In this document: positions 1-9,899 of the stretch, in pieces
How the letters are laid out: each line of letters begins with the position of its first letter
How positions within the stretch are numbered: position 1 is the first letter of the stretch
NCBI GenBank assembly: GCA_037917685.1
Contig: JAVCBU010000003.1
Coordinates: forward strand, 144,264-208,263
Length of the DNA stretch: 64,000 nt
Source: Thermoproteota archaeon
Lineage (GTDB): Archaea > Korarchaeota > Korarchaeia > Korarchaeales > JAOZGB01
Direction: 5' to 3'
The notes under the pieces: model-generated
Seen by the model: the letters and a program-made list of their open reading frames with translations, nothing else
Database searches by the model: none
What the model was told of the DNA's origin: nothing
Position numbers and translations under genes: made by a program

Positions 1-1
1 C

Positions 2-256
2 CAGCTCTACTGTTTTGAACATGAGGGAGAGAGGTATGTAGGCTTCTTATACTTTAGCCCTTCATTTGCAGAAAACGGGTCGTTACCTATCTTCTTCTAC
101 ATAAAGTCTGCAGAAGTGATGGGAAAGAAATTCCTGTACTATAAAGTTGAGGAGAAAGGTGAAAGCGTAGGTTTCTCGGTGGGAAAGGTTATGGGAGCCC
201 TCATATATCCTATAATCTTTTTCAAGAAGCCCCCAGACTGGTTAAGGCCGAAGTAA
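2..256 (+). CDS. hypothetical protein, 3' end only (5' part lies outside the window)
   Basis: Open frame from the window edge to TAA at 254-256, giving 84 C-terminal codons (..YIKSAEVMGKKFLYYKVEEKGESVGF..). No family recognised. Confidence 0.4.
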   Translation, partial: QLYCFEHEGERYVGFLYFSPSFAENGSLPIFFYIKSAEVMGKKFLYYKVEEKGESVGFSVGKVMGALIYPIIFFKKPPDWLRPK

Positions 257-257
257 G

Positions 258-1532
258 ATGCTTATATTTGCAGATCTGCATGTCCACTCCAAATACAGCC
301 GTGGTACAAGCGGAAAGATGGATCTTGAACATATATCTGAGAATGCGAAGATTAAAGGCTTAAATCTTGTGGGGACAGGGGACTTTACTCACCCAGGCTG
401 GCTTAGAGAGCTGAAGGAAAGGTTAGAGCCTGCAGGGAGGGGGCTCTACAGGTATAATGGTATACTATTCATGTTAACCGTTGAGGTTTCAACGATCTAC
501 GAGTATGCTGGGAAAACTCGAAAAATACATCACGTAATCCTAGCTCCAGACTTTGAGACCGTTGAACAACTAAATGATATATTTAGAAACTGGGGGAGCC
601 TCGAGTCCGACGGGAGGCCTGTCTTCAATAGTGTAACGTCGCCGGAGCTTGTTGAAGCAGTCTCCCAAGTATCCAGTATGGTTGAGGTTATACCGGCGCA
701 TGCGTGGACCCCCTGGTTCTCACTATTCGGCTCCAGGTCAGGTTTCAACTCTTTAAATGAATGCTACCAGGACATGGCTAGCAGAATACACGCCCTAGAA
801 ACCGGGCTTTCCTCTGATCCACCTATGAACTGGCGCGTATCAGAATTGGATAGGATAACTCTTCTAAGTAATTCTGACGCCCACAGCCCATGGCCTTTCA
901 GACTCGGCAGGGAACTTAACGTTTTCAGCCTTGAAAACCCATCATATGACGAGATAATTGAGGCAATCAGGTCTGGAGACCCGGCAAGGCTTCTCTACAC
1001 GATAGAGGTTGATCCTAGCTATGGAAAATACCATTTTGACGGACATAGAAACTGTGGCGTATCACTTCATCCGAGACAGGCCATGGCAAGAGGTAACATT
1101 TGCCCCGTTTGCGGCAAACCCTTAACGATAGGTGTGCTTCACAGGGTTGAAGAACTTGCGGATAGACCAGAGGGATACGTTAGAAAGGACGCGATACCAT
1201 ATAAAAGCCTAATTCCTCTTCAAGAACTAATTGCCCTATTAGTAGGCTCCACTCCGACATCTGTCAGGGTTGGAAAAATGTATATGAGGCTAATAGAAAG
1301 ATTTGGAAGCGAGCTGAACATAGTTTTAAACGTTGAAATCTCTGAAATCGCAAAGTTCGACCCTAAACTTGCAAGGATAATATTAGACATGCGTATCGGA
1401 AAGCTGAGGATAATTCCAGGCTACGATGGGGTGTATGGAAAGCTTATCCTTGAGGATGACGGGGAATATAAGGAGATTGAGAGAGACAAGTTAAGATATA
1501 ATAGGCAGTCTACACTCTCCGATTACATCTAA
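258..1532 (+). CDS. endonuclease Q (PHP-domain, zinc-finger deaminated-base endonuclease)
   Basis: 424 aa. Motifs ADLHVHSKYSRGTS, GTGDFTHP, PAHAWTPW, LSNSDAHSPWPFRLGRE, DPSYGKYHFDGHRNC, zinc ribbon CPVCGKPLTIGVLHRVEELAD and IIPGYDGVYGK. These are collinear with Pyrococcus-type EndoQ as I remember it. Confidence 0.85.
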   Translation: MLIFADLHVHSKYSRGTSGKMDLEHISENAKIKGLNLVGTGDFTHPGWLRELKERLEPAGRGLYRYNGILFMLTVEVSTIYEYAGKTRKIHHVILAPDFETVEQLNDIFRNWGSLESDGRPVFNSVTSPELVEAVSQVSSMVEVIPAHAWTPWFSLFGSRSGFNSLNECYQDMASRIHALETGLSSDPPMNWRVSELDRITLLSNSDAHSPWPFRLGRELNVFSLENPSYDEIIEAIRSGDPARLLYTIEVDPSYGKYHFDGHRNCGVSLHPRQAMARGNICPVCGKPLTIGVLHRVEELADRPEGYVRKDAIPYKSLIPLQELIALLVGSTPTSVRVGKMYMRLIERFGSELNIVLNVEISEIAKFDPKLARIILDMRIGKLRIIPGYDGVYGKLILEDDGEYKEIERDKLRYNRQSTLSDYI

Positions 1533-1566
1533 TAACCTTTTAAGAATCTGAGGGTTTCAATCCCTG

Positions 1567-2637
1567 GTGATTGGAGCATTGAAGGTCTTATGTACAGGTA
1601 TAAGTGGTGATAATAGAAGGGAATACCTCATTCATACAGTCGAATATGCTAGGGAGCATGGTGAAGACATAGAGATCCTTGACGTAGGTAAGCTCATGTT
1701 CAAAACAGCTGAAGACATAGGGATTCAGACAAGCGAGGAGAAAATCCTGGATCTAAGCCCTACAACCCTCAGGGCCCTCAGGGCAACAGTTTTCGAGAAA
1801 ATACTAAGCATTACATCTAGAAACGGGAACTACATCATAAACACCCATACATGTTTCAGATGGAAGAAGTATCTCACACCAGCATTCGATGTGTTCTATC
1901 TAAACCAGATAGACCCAGCCATCTATGTTACTATCGTGGATTTTATAGCGTCAACAAAAGCAAGACTTGACGCCAGCAGGCAGTGGAAGGGTAGGCTTAG
2001 CCTCAAAGAACTGTTGATATGGAGAGATGAGGAGATCTTCATAACCCAAACCCTAGCAGAATACCAGAGAAAGCCATTCTACATAATCGGCAGGGGGCAG
2101 CCGCCTGAAACCCTATATAAGCTTATGTTTAAGCCTGAAATGAAGAAGATATACCTAAGCTTTCCGATCACATATATGAGAGAGAACGAGGAGAAAATGA
2201 GGGAGGTTCAAGAATTCAGAGACCGATTGAGAGAAAACTTCATAGTATTTGACCCTATGACTATTAAAGACCTAGATATAATGATAGACATGCAGAAAGC
2301 CATCAATGAGGAGAAGGACACTTTCACTGTTGACACTGATGCCGGACCTGCAGAGTTTACGGTTGAAGAAGTTAAGATGGTTGAGAAAGACCTGGCAGAC
2401 CAGACTGTTGCAAGGGACTATAAACTGATAGACCAAAGCGACTATGTAGTAGTTTACTACCCTGTTAAGCTTCCATCTCCGGGCGTGTTAAACGAGATGA
2501 GCTACGGCTTTTCAAATAATAAAAAGGTATACGCGGTTTACCCCTTTGAGACGAGCCCCTTCTTCGAGTACTACTCCACTAGAATCTTTAGGTCGGCGGA
2601 CGAGTTAATATCCTACCTGCTCGAAAACGAGTCCTAG
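1567..2637 (+). CDS. two-domain protein: archaeal adenylate-kinase-like (AdkA-like) domain with degenerate P-loop, fused to a nucleoside 2-deoxyribosyltransferase-like domain
   Basis: GTG start. The N-terminal half is collinear with AdkA (..INTHTCFRWKKYLTPAFDVFYLNQIDPAIYVTIVD..), but Walker A reads GISGDNRR with no Lys/Ser-Thr. The C-terminal half has IYLSFPIT ... DYKLIDQSDYVVVYYP ... SPGVLNEMSYGFSNNKKVYAVYP, an NDT/Rossmann-like pattern. Confidence 0.4.
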   Translation: MIGALKVLCTGISGDNRREYLIHTVEYAREHGEDIEILDVGKLMFKTAEDIGIQTSEEKILDLSPTTLRALRATVFEKILSITSRNGNYIINTHTCFRWKKYLTPAFDVFYLNQIDPAIYVTIVDFIASTKARLDASRQWKGRLSLKELLIWRDEEIFITQTLAEYQRKPFYIIGRGQPPETLYKLMFKPEMKKIYLSFPITYMRENEEKMREVQEFRDRLRENFIVFDPMTIKDLDIMIDMQKAINEEKDTFTVDTDAGPAEFTVEEVKMVEKDLADQTVARDYKLIDQSDYVVVYYPVKLPSPGVLNEMSYGFSNNKKVYAVYPFETSPFFEYYSTRIFRSADELISYLLENES

Positions 2638-3809
2638 GCAAGCTTCTCCTCGACGAAACCTCTTATTCTCTGAAGCCCCTCTTTTATATTCTCAATGGAC
2701 GTTGCAAATGAAAGCCTCAGATAACCCTCTCCCTCCGCCCCGAAGGATGTGCCTGGGAGCAACGCCACAGCCGCCTCTTCCAATATCTTGCTTGCCAAGA
2801 CCTTCGACGATAACCCCAGTTCCTTAACATTTGGGAAGGCGTAGAATGCGCCTCTAGGCTTTAGACACTTAAACCCTGGAATCCTGTTTAAGCCGTCGAT
2901 TATAACATCTCTTCTCTTCTCATACTCCCTCGCCATACTTCTAGCTGAATCCATCCCGTTGAGAATAGCCTCTATAGCCCCCTTCTGCGCGAATGATACA
3001 GGACAGGAGCAAGCGTTCAGCTGTATCCTTTTAATCTTATCTGCAACATTTGCTGGGGCTATTGCGTAGCCCAGCCTCCATCCTGTCATAGCATAACTCT
3101 TGCTAAACCCACTTATTATAACAGTTCTCTCCTTCATCCCAGGGATACTTGCAATGCTGAAGTGCTTTTCACCGTCAAATATTATATCCTCATATATCTC
3201 GTCTGAAAAGACCACAAGGTCATACTTCTTGGCTATTTCCGCCAAGGCTTCTAGATCGCTCTTAGCGATAACACCTCCCGTTGGATTAGATGGCGAGTTC
3301 ACTATTATAGCCTTTGTTCTATCTGAAATCCGGCCTTCAACATCTTCCGGCCTGAAGCTGAAGCCCTTCTCCTCGAGCAGGGGAACCTTAACAATACTGC
3401 CACCTGCCAGCTCAACGGCTGCCGCATAGGCGGGGTAGGCAGGGCTGGGCACTATAACCTCGTCTCCAGGGTTTATAAATGTGAGAACCGCGGAGAATAT
3501 AGCCATTTTTCCCCCAACTGTAACTACAACTTCCTCAGGTTTTATATCGATGCCCCTCTTCTCACCAGCCTTCTTGGCTATCGCTTCTTTAAGCTCATAA
3601 ATGCCGTCTGCAGGAGTGTAATGTGTAAATCCCTCCCTTAATGCTTTAATTGCTGCTTCCTTAATGTTTTCTGGAGTATCAAAGTCGGGTTCGCCTATCT
3701 CGAAGTGAATCACTCTTGTTCCGCTTCTCTCCATTGCTTTAGCCTTCTCAAGAACTATGAATGCGTCTTCAACACCCATACTTTTAACTCTATCCGCGAG
3801 CTCAGGCAT
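2634..3809 (-). CDS. class I/II pyridoxal-phosphate-dependent aminotransferase (aspartate aminotransferase-like)
   Basis: 391 aa. SPSNPTGG, the PLP-lysine motif SGFSKSYAMTGWRLGY, and C-terminal GYLRLSF. Confidence 0.9.
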   Translation of the reverse strand: MPELADRVKSMGVEDAFIVLEKAKAMERSGTRVIHFEIGEPDFDTPENIKEAAIKALREGFTHYTPADGIYELKEAIAKKAGEKRGIDIKPEEVVVTVGGKMAIFSAVLTFINPGDEVIVPSPAYPAYAAAVELAGGSIVKVPLLEEKGFSFRPEDVEGRISDRTKAIIVNSPSNPTGGVIAKSDLEALAEIAKKYDLVVFSDEIYEDIIFDGEKHFSIASIPGMKERTVIISGFSKSYAMTGWRLGYAIAPANVADKIKRIQLNACSCPVSFAQKGAIEAILNGMDSARSMAREYEKRRDVIIDGLNRIPGFKCLKPRGAFYAFPNVKELGLSSKVLASKILEEAAVALLPGTSFGAEGEGYLRLSFATSIENIKEGLQRIRGFVEEKLA

Positions 3810-3881
3810 AACTCATCAGGACTACCACGCCATGAATAGTTTAAATATTTAACAGTTGTAGCCGGGTATAAAAATATACAC

Positions 3882-4163
3882 TTATCCTCCACCGACAGGG
3901 GGGAAAATAGCTATCACATCACCGTTACTCACAGGTGTTTCCAACCCCTTTGACAAAACTATGTTCCTACCATTAAGAAGCACTATATAAAACTTGTTCA
4001 GCTTCCCATCGTCTTCAAAGAGCATGCTTCTAAACTTTCCACCAACCATATCTGCTAGCTTGTCTAAAATCTCCCCAACAGTACGCCCTTCAACCACGGT
4101 TTCCTTGAATCCTGCCACCTCCCTAAGTATGGTGTAAAGCTTAACCTCAACCCTCGGCATCAA
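3882..4163 (-). CDS. MoaD/ThiS-family ubiquitin-like small protein
   Basis: 93 aa with a beta-grasp-like pattern (..VLLNGRNIV..GDVIAIFPPVGGG) ending in Gly-Gly-Gly. Confidence 0.7.
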   Translation of the reverse strand: MMPRVEVKLYTILREVAGFKETVVEGRTVGEILDKLADMVGGKFRSMLFEDDGKLNKFYIVLLNGRNIVLSKGLETPVSNGDVIAIFPPVGGG

Positions 4164-4208
4164 TATGTGTAGGGTTTTGGAAAAATAAAATTATACACCT
4201 AGCCGTCC

Positions 4209-5699
4209 TTACCGGGTTAGCAAGTCATAATAGAAGCGTAAAACCCTAGATAACGGTTCAGGCATCATATCCTCTATAATTTCAGCCTCGTCTTCCCCAA
4301 TAATTCTGAACAAGATCGTTAATGTGTAATAGGATATCCCTACTATTACAGCCGACACCGGAACCCTAAAGTACAAGTTTATACCCGAACTGTCAATCAT
4401 GTAACCTAGCATTCCAGCTATAACGGCTGAAGTGAAAGATAACCCCATCGTGCTTAGAGAGTCTAAACTCAGAGGTTCCCTGGAAATGAGTAAAATAAGT
4501 AAAAACCAGACTACAGTCGATATCGGGTATGATATTGCAACGGTACGAGCCCCATAATCCTTCATTAGATAGGATGCTGAGAATGAGACTCCTAGCATCA
4601 CTGGTGCAACACCTATAAGCTTTTTCTCCCCCTTATATGCGAGGTACATGTTCAAGGGTAAAATAAACATTAGGGGGAAAGAAAGCCCCATTATGCTCAG
4701 AACCCATCTATCTGCGAACGTTGGAGACAACAGTTGAAGGAGTCCGCTCGACATACCAAGTAAGATAGAGAAAACACCACATGACAAAAAGGAGAAGAAG
4801 CCTAGGTATCTGTTAAAAATGTGGGCTTCACCGTTTTTAACCTTACCTGCTAGATGAGGAATTAATACGGTTCCAAATGATGAGAGAATTATGTAAAAAG
4901 CGAAGAAATACCTGTTTGAAGCTCTAAGGATTGCGTTGTCAATATTACTTCCCGTGGATGAAAAAACTGTAAGCGGGACCTCTATCGTCGAAGCCATAGA
5001 AACCTGCAGCATCGCCATAGGTAAGCCGTGGGCAATGAGCCTTACGTTATTTTTTAGATACTCATATGGCTTCAGCAACTTAAATCCGACTAGCCTCATA
5101 AAGTATACACCAAACACTATCGTAGCAGCTAAATTACCAATAATCTGCGAGATTAAAGCTCCCATAACACCTTGGCCAGCTTTCAGTAGGACGCCTGTAA
5201 GCAGGCATATCAACCCGTTCATTACAAGTTTAAATACCACGGTGAAGCTTTCCATCCTCAGGGCAACAGGAAGAGAATATATAAGCCCAGCAACCGGGGA
5301 AATAGACAATAGAAATCCGGAAACAATTATTAGACTGGTAAGATCTTCCCTACTAATATATGTGGCTATTTTCCCTGAAAAGAGGATAAATATAGATCCA
5401 GCAATACCAGAGTAGAATATTCTCGAAAATAAAGCGGATGAAAAGAGAATTTTTCTCTTGTCAAGCTGGTTCTTGGACTCAGTATCAGGTATAAAACGAA
5501 ACAAGGCCCAAGCCTCCCCAAGATTGAGAAGGCTCATGGCGAGGAAAGAAAATGTTATGACACGACTATAAACACCGTAAAGTTCACCACCCAGCAATCT
5601 TGTAAGAAGCAAAGTGTTCAGGAATCCTAGGAAAGCACCTGTAAGGTTACCTATTGATAATAGAAGCCCTCCACGTCCGACATTGGGGGTTTTGTGCAT
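4209..5699 (-). CDS. polysaccharide/oligosaccharide flippase-like polytopic membrane protein (MOP/Wzx-type)
   Basis: 496 aa with about 12-14 hydrophobic segments. The N-terminus GGLLLSIGNLTGAFLGFLNTLLLTRLLG..YGVY is typical of the Wzx/MATE-like superfamily. Confidence 0.6.
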   Translation of the reverse strand: MHKTPNVGRGGLLLSIGNLTGAFLGFLNTLLLTRLLGGELYGVYSRVITFSFLAMSLLNLGEAWALFRFIPDTESKNQLDKRKILFSSALFSRIFYSGIAGSIFILFSGKIATYISREDLTSLIIVSGFLLSISPVAGLIYSLPVALRMESFTVVFKLVMNGLICLLTGVLLKAGQGVMGALISQIIGNLAATIVFGVYFMRLVGFKLLKPYEYLKNNVRLIAHGLPMAMLQVSMASTIEVPLTVFSSTGSNIDNAILRASNRYFFAFYIILSSFGTVLIPHLAGKVKNGEAHIFNRYLGFFSFLSCGVFSILLGMSSGLLQLLSPTFADRWVLSIMGLSFPLMFILPLNMYLAYKGEKKLIGVAPVMLGVSFSASYLMKDYGARTVAISYPISTVVWFLLILLISREPLSLDSLSTMGLSFTSAVIAGMLGYMIDSSGINLYFRVPVSAVIVGISYYTLTILFRIIGEDEAEIIEDMMPEPLSRVLRFYYDLLTR

Positions 5700-5756
5700 G
5701 GTATGTGATACCGAAGAATATAATTTATAATATTACATTTCTAGCTATACTCTGTC

Positions 5757-6374
5757 TTGCACATCCTACCGTTGCATTGTAAACTTGATGAAGTGGAGAA
5801 ACACGTTAAACCAGCTGAAAAAGTGTTACATGTGGGGATAGGAGATTCCACAGTCGAACTTTTATGGTCAATAAAGCAACACCGGGAATTAACACTTCTA
5901 GATAATGATGAAGTAAAACTGTCACATATAGCCGGTTTCATCAAGAAATACTTTCCAAACATAGAACTATTTTTAAATGTAAATCCAAGGAAGCCCCATA
6001 CTACGTTAAGTAGATCTAATGAAATATTGTCGAGGCTAAGACGTAGCTTAAACTTGCCACAGCTTCCTAACGGTTATGTAACAAGAAAAATAACCATTCT
6101 ACCCATGAACATTCTAAAAGTGGTAGACTGTAGCCTTCTCCCATGTGAAAGCTACGATTTTATCTTTGCATTTGGATTTACAGAGATACTCTATGGCAGG
6201 GAGGAGACGCTTTACATATTCATCCGAAACCTTCATAAGCTTTTGAAAAAAGGCGGTAAAGCAGTGCTTTCCGATATCATCCCTAAGGGTGTTGTTAAAG
6301 ATATAATGGAGAGTTCACACATATTTAGACGGGTGGGAAAATACACGTTCATCCTCTACAAGCCTCTCAGCTGA
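5757..6374 (+). CDS. putative class I SAM-dependent methyltransferase
   Basis: 205 aa. Motif I-like VLHVGIGDS, post-I LLDND, YDFIFAFG and LLKKGGKAVLSD. The start codon (TTG) is uncertain. Confidence 0.45.
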   Translation: MHILPLHCKLDEVEKHVKPAEKVLHVGIGDSTVELLWSIKQHRELTLLDNDEVKLSHIAGFIKKYFPNIELFLNVNPRKPHTTLSRSNEILSRLRRSLNLPQLPNGYVTRKITILPMNILKVVDCSLLPCESYDFIFAFGFTEILYGREETLYIFIRNLHKLLKKGGKAVLSDIIPKGVVKDIMESSHIFRRVGKYTFILYKPLS

Positions 6375-6397
6375 AATTTTCCAGCATTACTTTAAGT

Positions 6398-7903
6398 TTA
6401 TATTGGGATACGAATCCCTGGTGGGTACTCGATCCTGAAACCATACCTTATCAGATTCACACCTTGTTTAGCTGTAAATCTCCATCTTAATATTCCAAGC
6501 CTTAACACTTCAGGTCTAATAGTTGAATGAGTTATCTTCACCTTGACCTTCGGATGTTTAATTACTGGGATTCTATCATAGATCTCTACATCTACCGATT
6601 TTTCCCCGAAGTTCTCAACTTTAAGCTCATACCCAAGTCTCATACTCATCTTATCTTTAACGATGCCCTTCGTCTCGTCTACTCTTTCAACCAGCTTCTT
6701 CACGCCTTTCAGAGTCGCCGCCTTCTCTATCGGAATCTTAACCCTTTCATTTGGTCTATAGAACTTCATTCTCCCCCATGCCATGTTTAGACCGTTAACT
6801 AAGACCCTATACTCTCCGGGAATAATCGATGTCCTTCTATTCGTAAACTCCAGAACCTTTAGAAAGTCTAAACTCGTAAATGCATCCCATACATACAAGA
6901 TTTTACCATCAACCTTTTTCGTTTCAAGGAGAAACCTGCAGGGCCTACCATAGGGGAGGCTGACTCTTCCATGAACGCTGTAAGTCTGGTGAATCCCCTC
7001 CTCCACAAAAGCCTCCTCCATACCTTTTCCAACCTCAGCCTCCAGCCTTTGCTTGGGCGCCAATGCTAAGAGTTTAGGCGCCGTATGGACGGTTTTCTCC
7101 ATGGTAGTGTCTACAATCCACGGTTGAGGTTCAACCCATTCAAGAGCTCTAACTATTCTAGTGGTAAGCTTAAGATTAACATCTACCCAGTCAACCGCTG
7201 CTTTCTGGGATGCAACCCCATAAAACATTATTTTAAAGTCGTCATCGTTAGCTATGATGTCATATTGCGCCTTCCATCCCTCACCAGGGATATTGTAGAA
7301 GAATTCGAAGTTTACGTCTCCATCGGCCTTTGAGTTGATCGTCAGCTCGACGTTTGAAACACTTACGAAACGTTCGAATCCAACAATGTTCCTTAAGGAT
7401 TCCAGCTCAGCCTTAACCCTCTCAGCCTGGCCTTCAAGTTTTACAGCCTCTTCTAAGAGCCAATCTCTAGCTCTAAACATGTCACCGTAAACTTTGGCTG
7501 GGTCCTCGCCGGATACTATTTTTGAGATAAAATGGTATGCGAACACATCTCCGGAGCCGTCTAAGGCTTCGATAAGCTTCTTTAATCCCTCAATTTTTCT
7601 TTCAATCACTCTTAACTCGTTTTTTAACCTTGAAAACCTCGACACAGCGTCTTTCATCTCGCCAAGATCGAGATCGAGTTCCATGACATCAATACGTGTT
7701 TTAAACATTCTAACATCAAGAATTGAGATGTCAGCATTGAAAAAAGCTGTGAACGAGTTTATGTCGATTCCGTCCTCGAGATTCTGAATTATAACCTTTC
7801 CCACGCCTCTCTCAACCTTGAAGCTGCCGACTCTGTGAAGAACATAGCAGTTAGGCTGTATTATCAGGGATTCAACATGGTGTTTTGGCCTATAAAATTT
7901 CAT
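6398..7903 (-). CDS. DUF4139/DUF4140-type protein (MuiA-like conserved hypothetical)
   Basis: 501 aa. An N-terminal beta-rich segment, a central coiled coil (RLKNELRVIERKIEGLKKLIEAL) and a C-terminal YELKVENFGEKSVDVEIYDRIPV pattern, as in the DUF4139 family. Confidence 0.6.
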   Translation of the reverse strand: MKFYRPKHHVESLIIQPNCYVLHRVGSFKVERGVGKVIIQNLEDGIDINSFTAFFNADISILDVRMFKTRIDVMELDLDLGEMKDAVSRFSRLKNELRVIERKIEGLKKLIEALDGSGDVFAYHFISKIVSGEDPAKVYGDMFRARDWLLEEAVKLEGQAERVKAELESLRNIVGFERFVSVSNVELTINSKADGDVNFEFFYNIPGEGWKAQYDIIANDDDFKIMFYGVASQKAAVDWVDVNLKLTTRIVRALEWVEPQPWIVDTTMEKTVHTAPKLLALAPKQRLEAEVGKGMEEAFVEEGIHQTYSVHGRVSLPYGRPCRFLLETKKVDGKILYVWDAFTSLDFLKVLEFTNRRTSIIPGEYRVLVNGLNMAWGRMKFYRPNERVKIPIEKAATLKGVKKLVERVDETKGIVKDKMSMRLGYELKVENFGEKSVDVEIYDRIPVIKHPKVKVKITHSTIRPEVLRLGILRWRFTAKQGVNLIRYGFRIEYPPGIRIPI

Positions 7904-7964
7904 AATGTAAAGTTTGTAATGCTACTTTTTAAACAGTTACATACACGCGGGCAGTTATAATAGG

Positions 7965-8693
7965 TTATTTAAGAATTCTCCCCGTTTCAAGATACCATAG
8001 GTATAAGTCGAGTTCTGCAAGGCTTATGCCAAGCTTTCCAGCTATCAGCCTAAGGACTTCTTCTATCTCGAAATATTTTTTCCTCGTGATGGTTTTTGGC
8101 TTTTTTATTACTCTGTACCTATCAAGCAAGTCTGCTATGTGGAAATCTATGATTGCAAGATCCTTGTAGCCGATGTTTCTTAGGAAGTGGCTTGCTTCCT
8201 TGTAGCCTATACCCTTAATGCTCTTAACAAGCCACTCTCTAGCCTCCAGGCTGGAGTTGAATGTTTTCAACCGTTCCTTAAGATTATTTGCGTATCTCCT
8301 CGCCTCAACAATATACTTAGCTCTTGTTCTCGGGTATCTATGCCCCATTTCCCGTAGTCTTTGCTCAAGATCTTCAAAACTGAGTGTAAAAAATCCATTA
8401 TTGATTGTCTCCTGTATAACTATCGACTTTTCAGCGTTGAAGTTAGCGGTTAAAATACAAAAGCAAAGCTCCTTAAAAATCTCCGGGTTTGAGGACTTCC
8501 CAGCCAATTCAAACTCTCTTATCCGTCTTTCTACAACGGCCTTTATTTCGCCATTCATTAAACGTTTAACATCGTTAATAAGACCTGCAATCCCGCCTCC
8601 TTCCACAGGTTCTCCCAATCTATAATCCATATCGTTGCTGAAGTTATAGAGCCTCGATGAACTTTTCAATTGATGACCCAAGTTTATCTCCAT
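7965..8693 (-). CDS. ogg: N-glycosylase/DNA lyase, Ogg2-type 8-oxoguanine DNA glycosylase
   Basis: HhH motif IKGIGYKEASHFLRNIGYKDLAIIDFHI and CFCILTANF. The start is probably an internal Met (8630 or 8558), because the long ORF overlaps the upstream gene by 50 nt. Confidence 0.75.
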   Translation of the reverse strand: MEINLGHQLKSSSRLYNFSNDMDYRLGEPVEGGGIAGLINDVKRLMNGEIKAVVERRIREFELAGKSSNPEIFKELCFCILTANFNAEKSIVIQETINNGFFTLSFEDLEQRLREMGHRYPRTRAKYIVEARRYANNLKERLKTFNSSLEAREWLVKSIKGIGYKEASHFLRNIGYKDLAIIDFHIADLLDRYRVIKKPKTITRKKYFEIEEVLRLIAGKLGISLAELDLYLWYLETGRILK

Positions 8694-9846
8694 CTATTTT
8701 ACCCATTTTTCCCTTAAATTCAACTGTGCCTAATATCTTGAAGCCAGCGTTGCCTAGGACCTCTGCCATTTTTCTTGCAGCTATCCCTCCCCATCCATAT
8801 GATGAGATTATGAGAACAGGCTTTTCTGCGGATGCCTTCCATCCTAAAAGATCGATAACATAGCCCATTCTAGGGAATACATGGTTCTCATATGTTGCGG
8901 CACCAACTATTATCCCACTCGAGTCCAGGGCCTCCCCGATAATATCAGATATCCTGGCCTGCTCCCTATCCGTAAACCTGAAGACTACGGGTTTTAAACC
9001 CCTTACCTTCAGCATTTCTATAGCCTTCTCTACGGCCTCTTCCACACTTCCATACATGCTACTATAAACTATGAGGATCTTACCGCTCTCCGGCTCGGCC
9101 TTCGCCCAGCTAATATACTTTTCCACGATGAGGGCTGGGTTCTTCCTCCAGATAAGCCCATGTAGCGGTGCTATAATGTCTATCTTAAGTCCAAGTTGGG
9201 AAGTTATCTTCTCAACGCTATCCGTGACCTTCTGCCTATAATGGCCGATAACATTTGCGAAGTACTTCTTTGCGAACCACAAGTAGCCTTCAGGCATACT
9301 ATCATCATAGATTCCATCTGGGATGGAGTAGGAGCCAAAAGCATCCCCTGAAAATAGAAGCTTCCAGTTTTCAATGTAAGTCATTATTGTCTCCGGCCAG
9401 TGAAGCCACGGTGTATAAACGAATTTAAGCTTTAAGCCATCCATGTCAAGAGTTTCCCCATCCTTTACAGCCCTAAAACGTGGATTAACACCGTAGAAAG
9501 ACGATAGCATCCCCTTTACAAGAGGGTGTCCTACTACCTCGGCTTTGTACCCATTCTCCTTAAGAATCTTCCCTAAACAGCCCGAGTGATCCGGTTCAGT
9601 GTGGTGGACAACAATGTAATCTATATTAGAAGGATCTACTACCCCCCTTAATTTGCTGATAAATACATCTTCGCAGCCCCTCTTCCATGTGTCAAATAGT
9701 ATGGTGTGGTTTTTATACCTCAGCAGGTATGAGTTATACGTAATCCCCTCTGGAATCTCCCATAGGGCTTCAAAGAACCTTGTTTCATCGTCGTCAAGCC
9801 TTAGCAGATATAATCCATCAATAACTTCTTCTACAAGGGTATTCAA
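8644..9846 (-). CDS. fprA: FprA-family flavodiiron protein (metallo-beta-lactamase-like domain plus flavodoxin-like domain)
   Basis: 400 aa. Diiron ligand motif VVHHTEPDHSG and a C-terminal flavodoxin-like ILIVYSSMYGSVE. Confidence 0.85.
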   Translation of the reverse strand: MNTLVEEVIDGLYLLRLDDDETRFFEALWEIPEGITYNSYLLRYKNHTILFDTWKRGCEDVFISKLRGVVDPSNIDYIVVHHTEPDHSGCLGKILKENGYKAEVVGHPLVKGMLSSFYGVNPRFRAVKDGETLDMDGLKLKFVYTPWLHWPETIMTYIENWKLLFSGDAFGSYSIPDGIYDDSMPEGYLWFAKKYFANVIGHYRQKVTDSVEKITSQLGLKIDIIAPLHGLIWRKNPALIVEKYISWAKAEPESGKILIVYSSMYGSVEEAVEKAIEMLKVRGLKPVVFRFTDREQARISDIIGEALDSSGIIVGAATYENHVFPRMGYVIDLLGWKASAEKPVLIISSYGWGGIAARKMAEVLGNAGFKILGTVEFKGKMGKIDGDKLGSSIEKFIEAL

Positions 9847-9899
9847 CTATAGAACCCCGTTTACCCATCTAACAATATAATAAAATATTTTCTGGAGGC

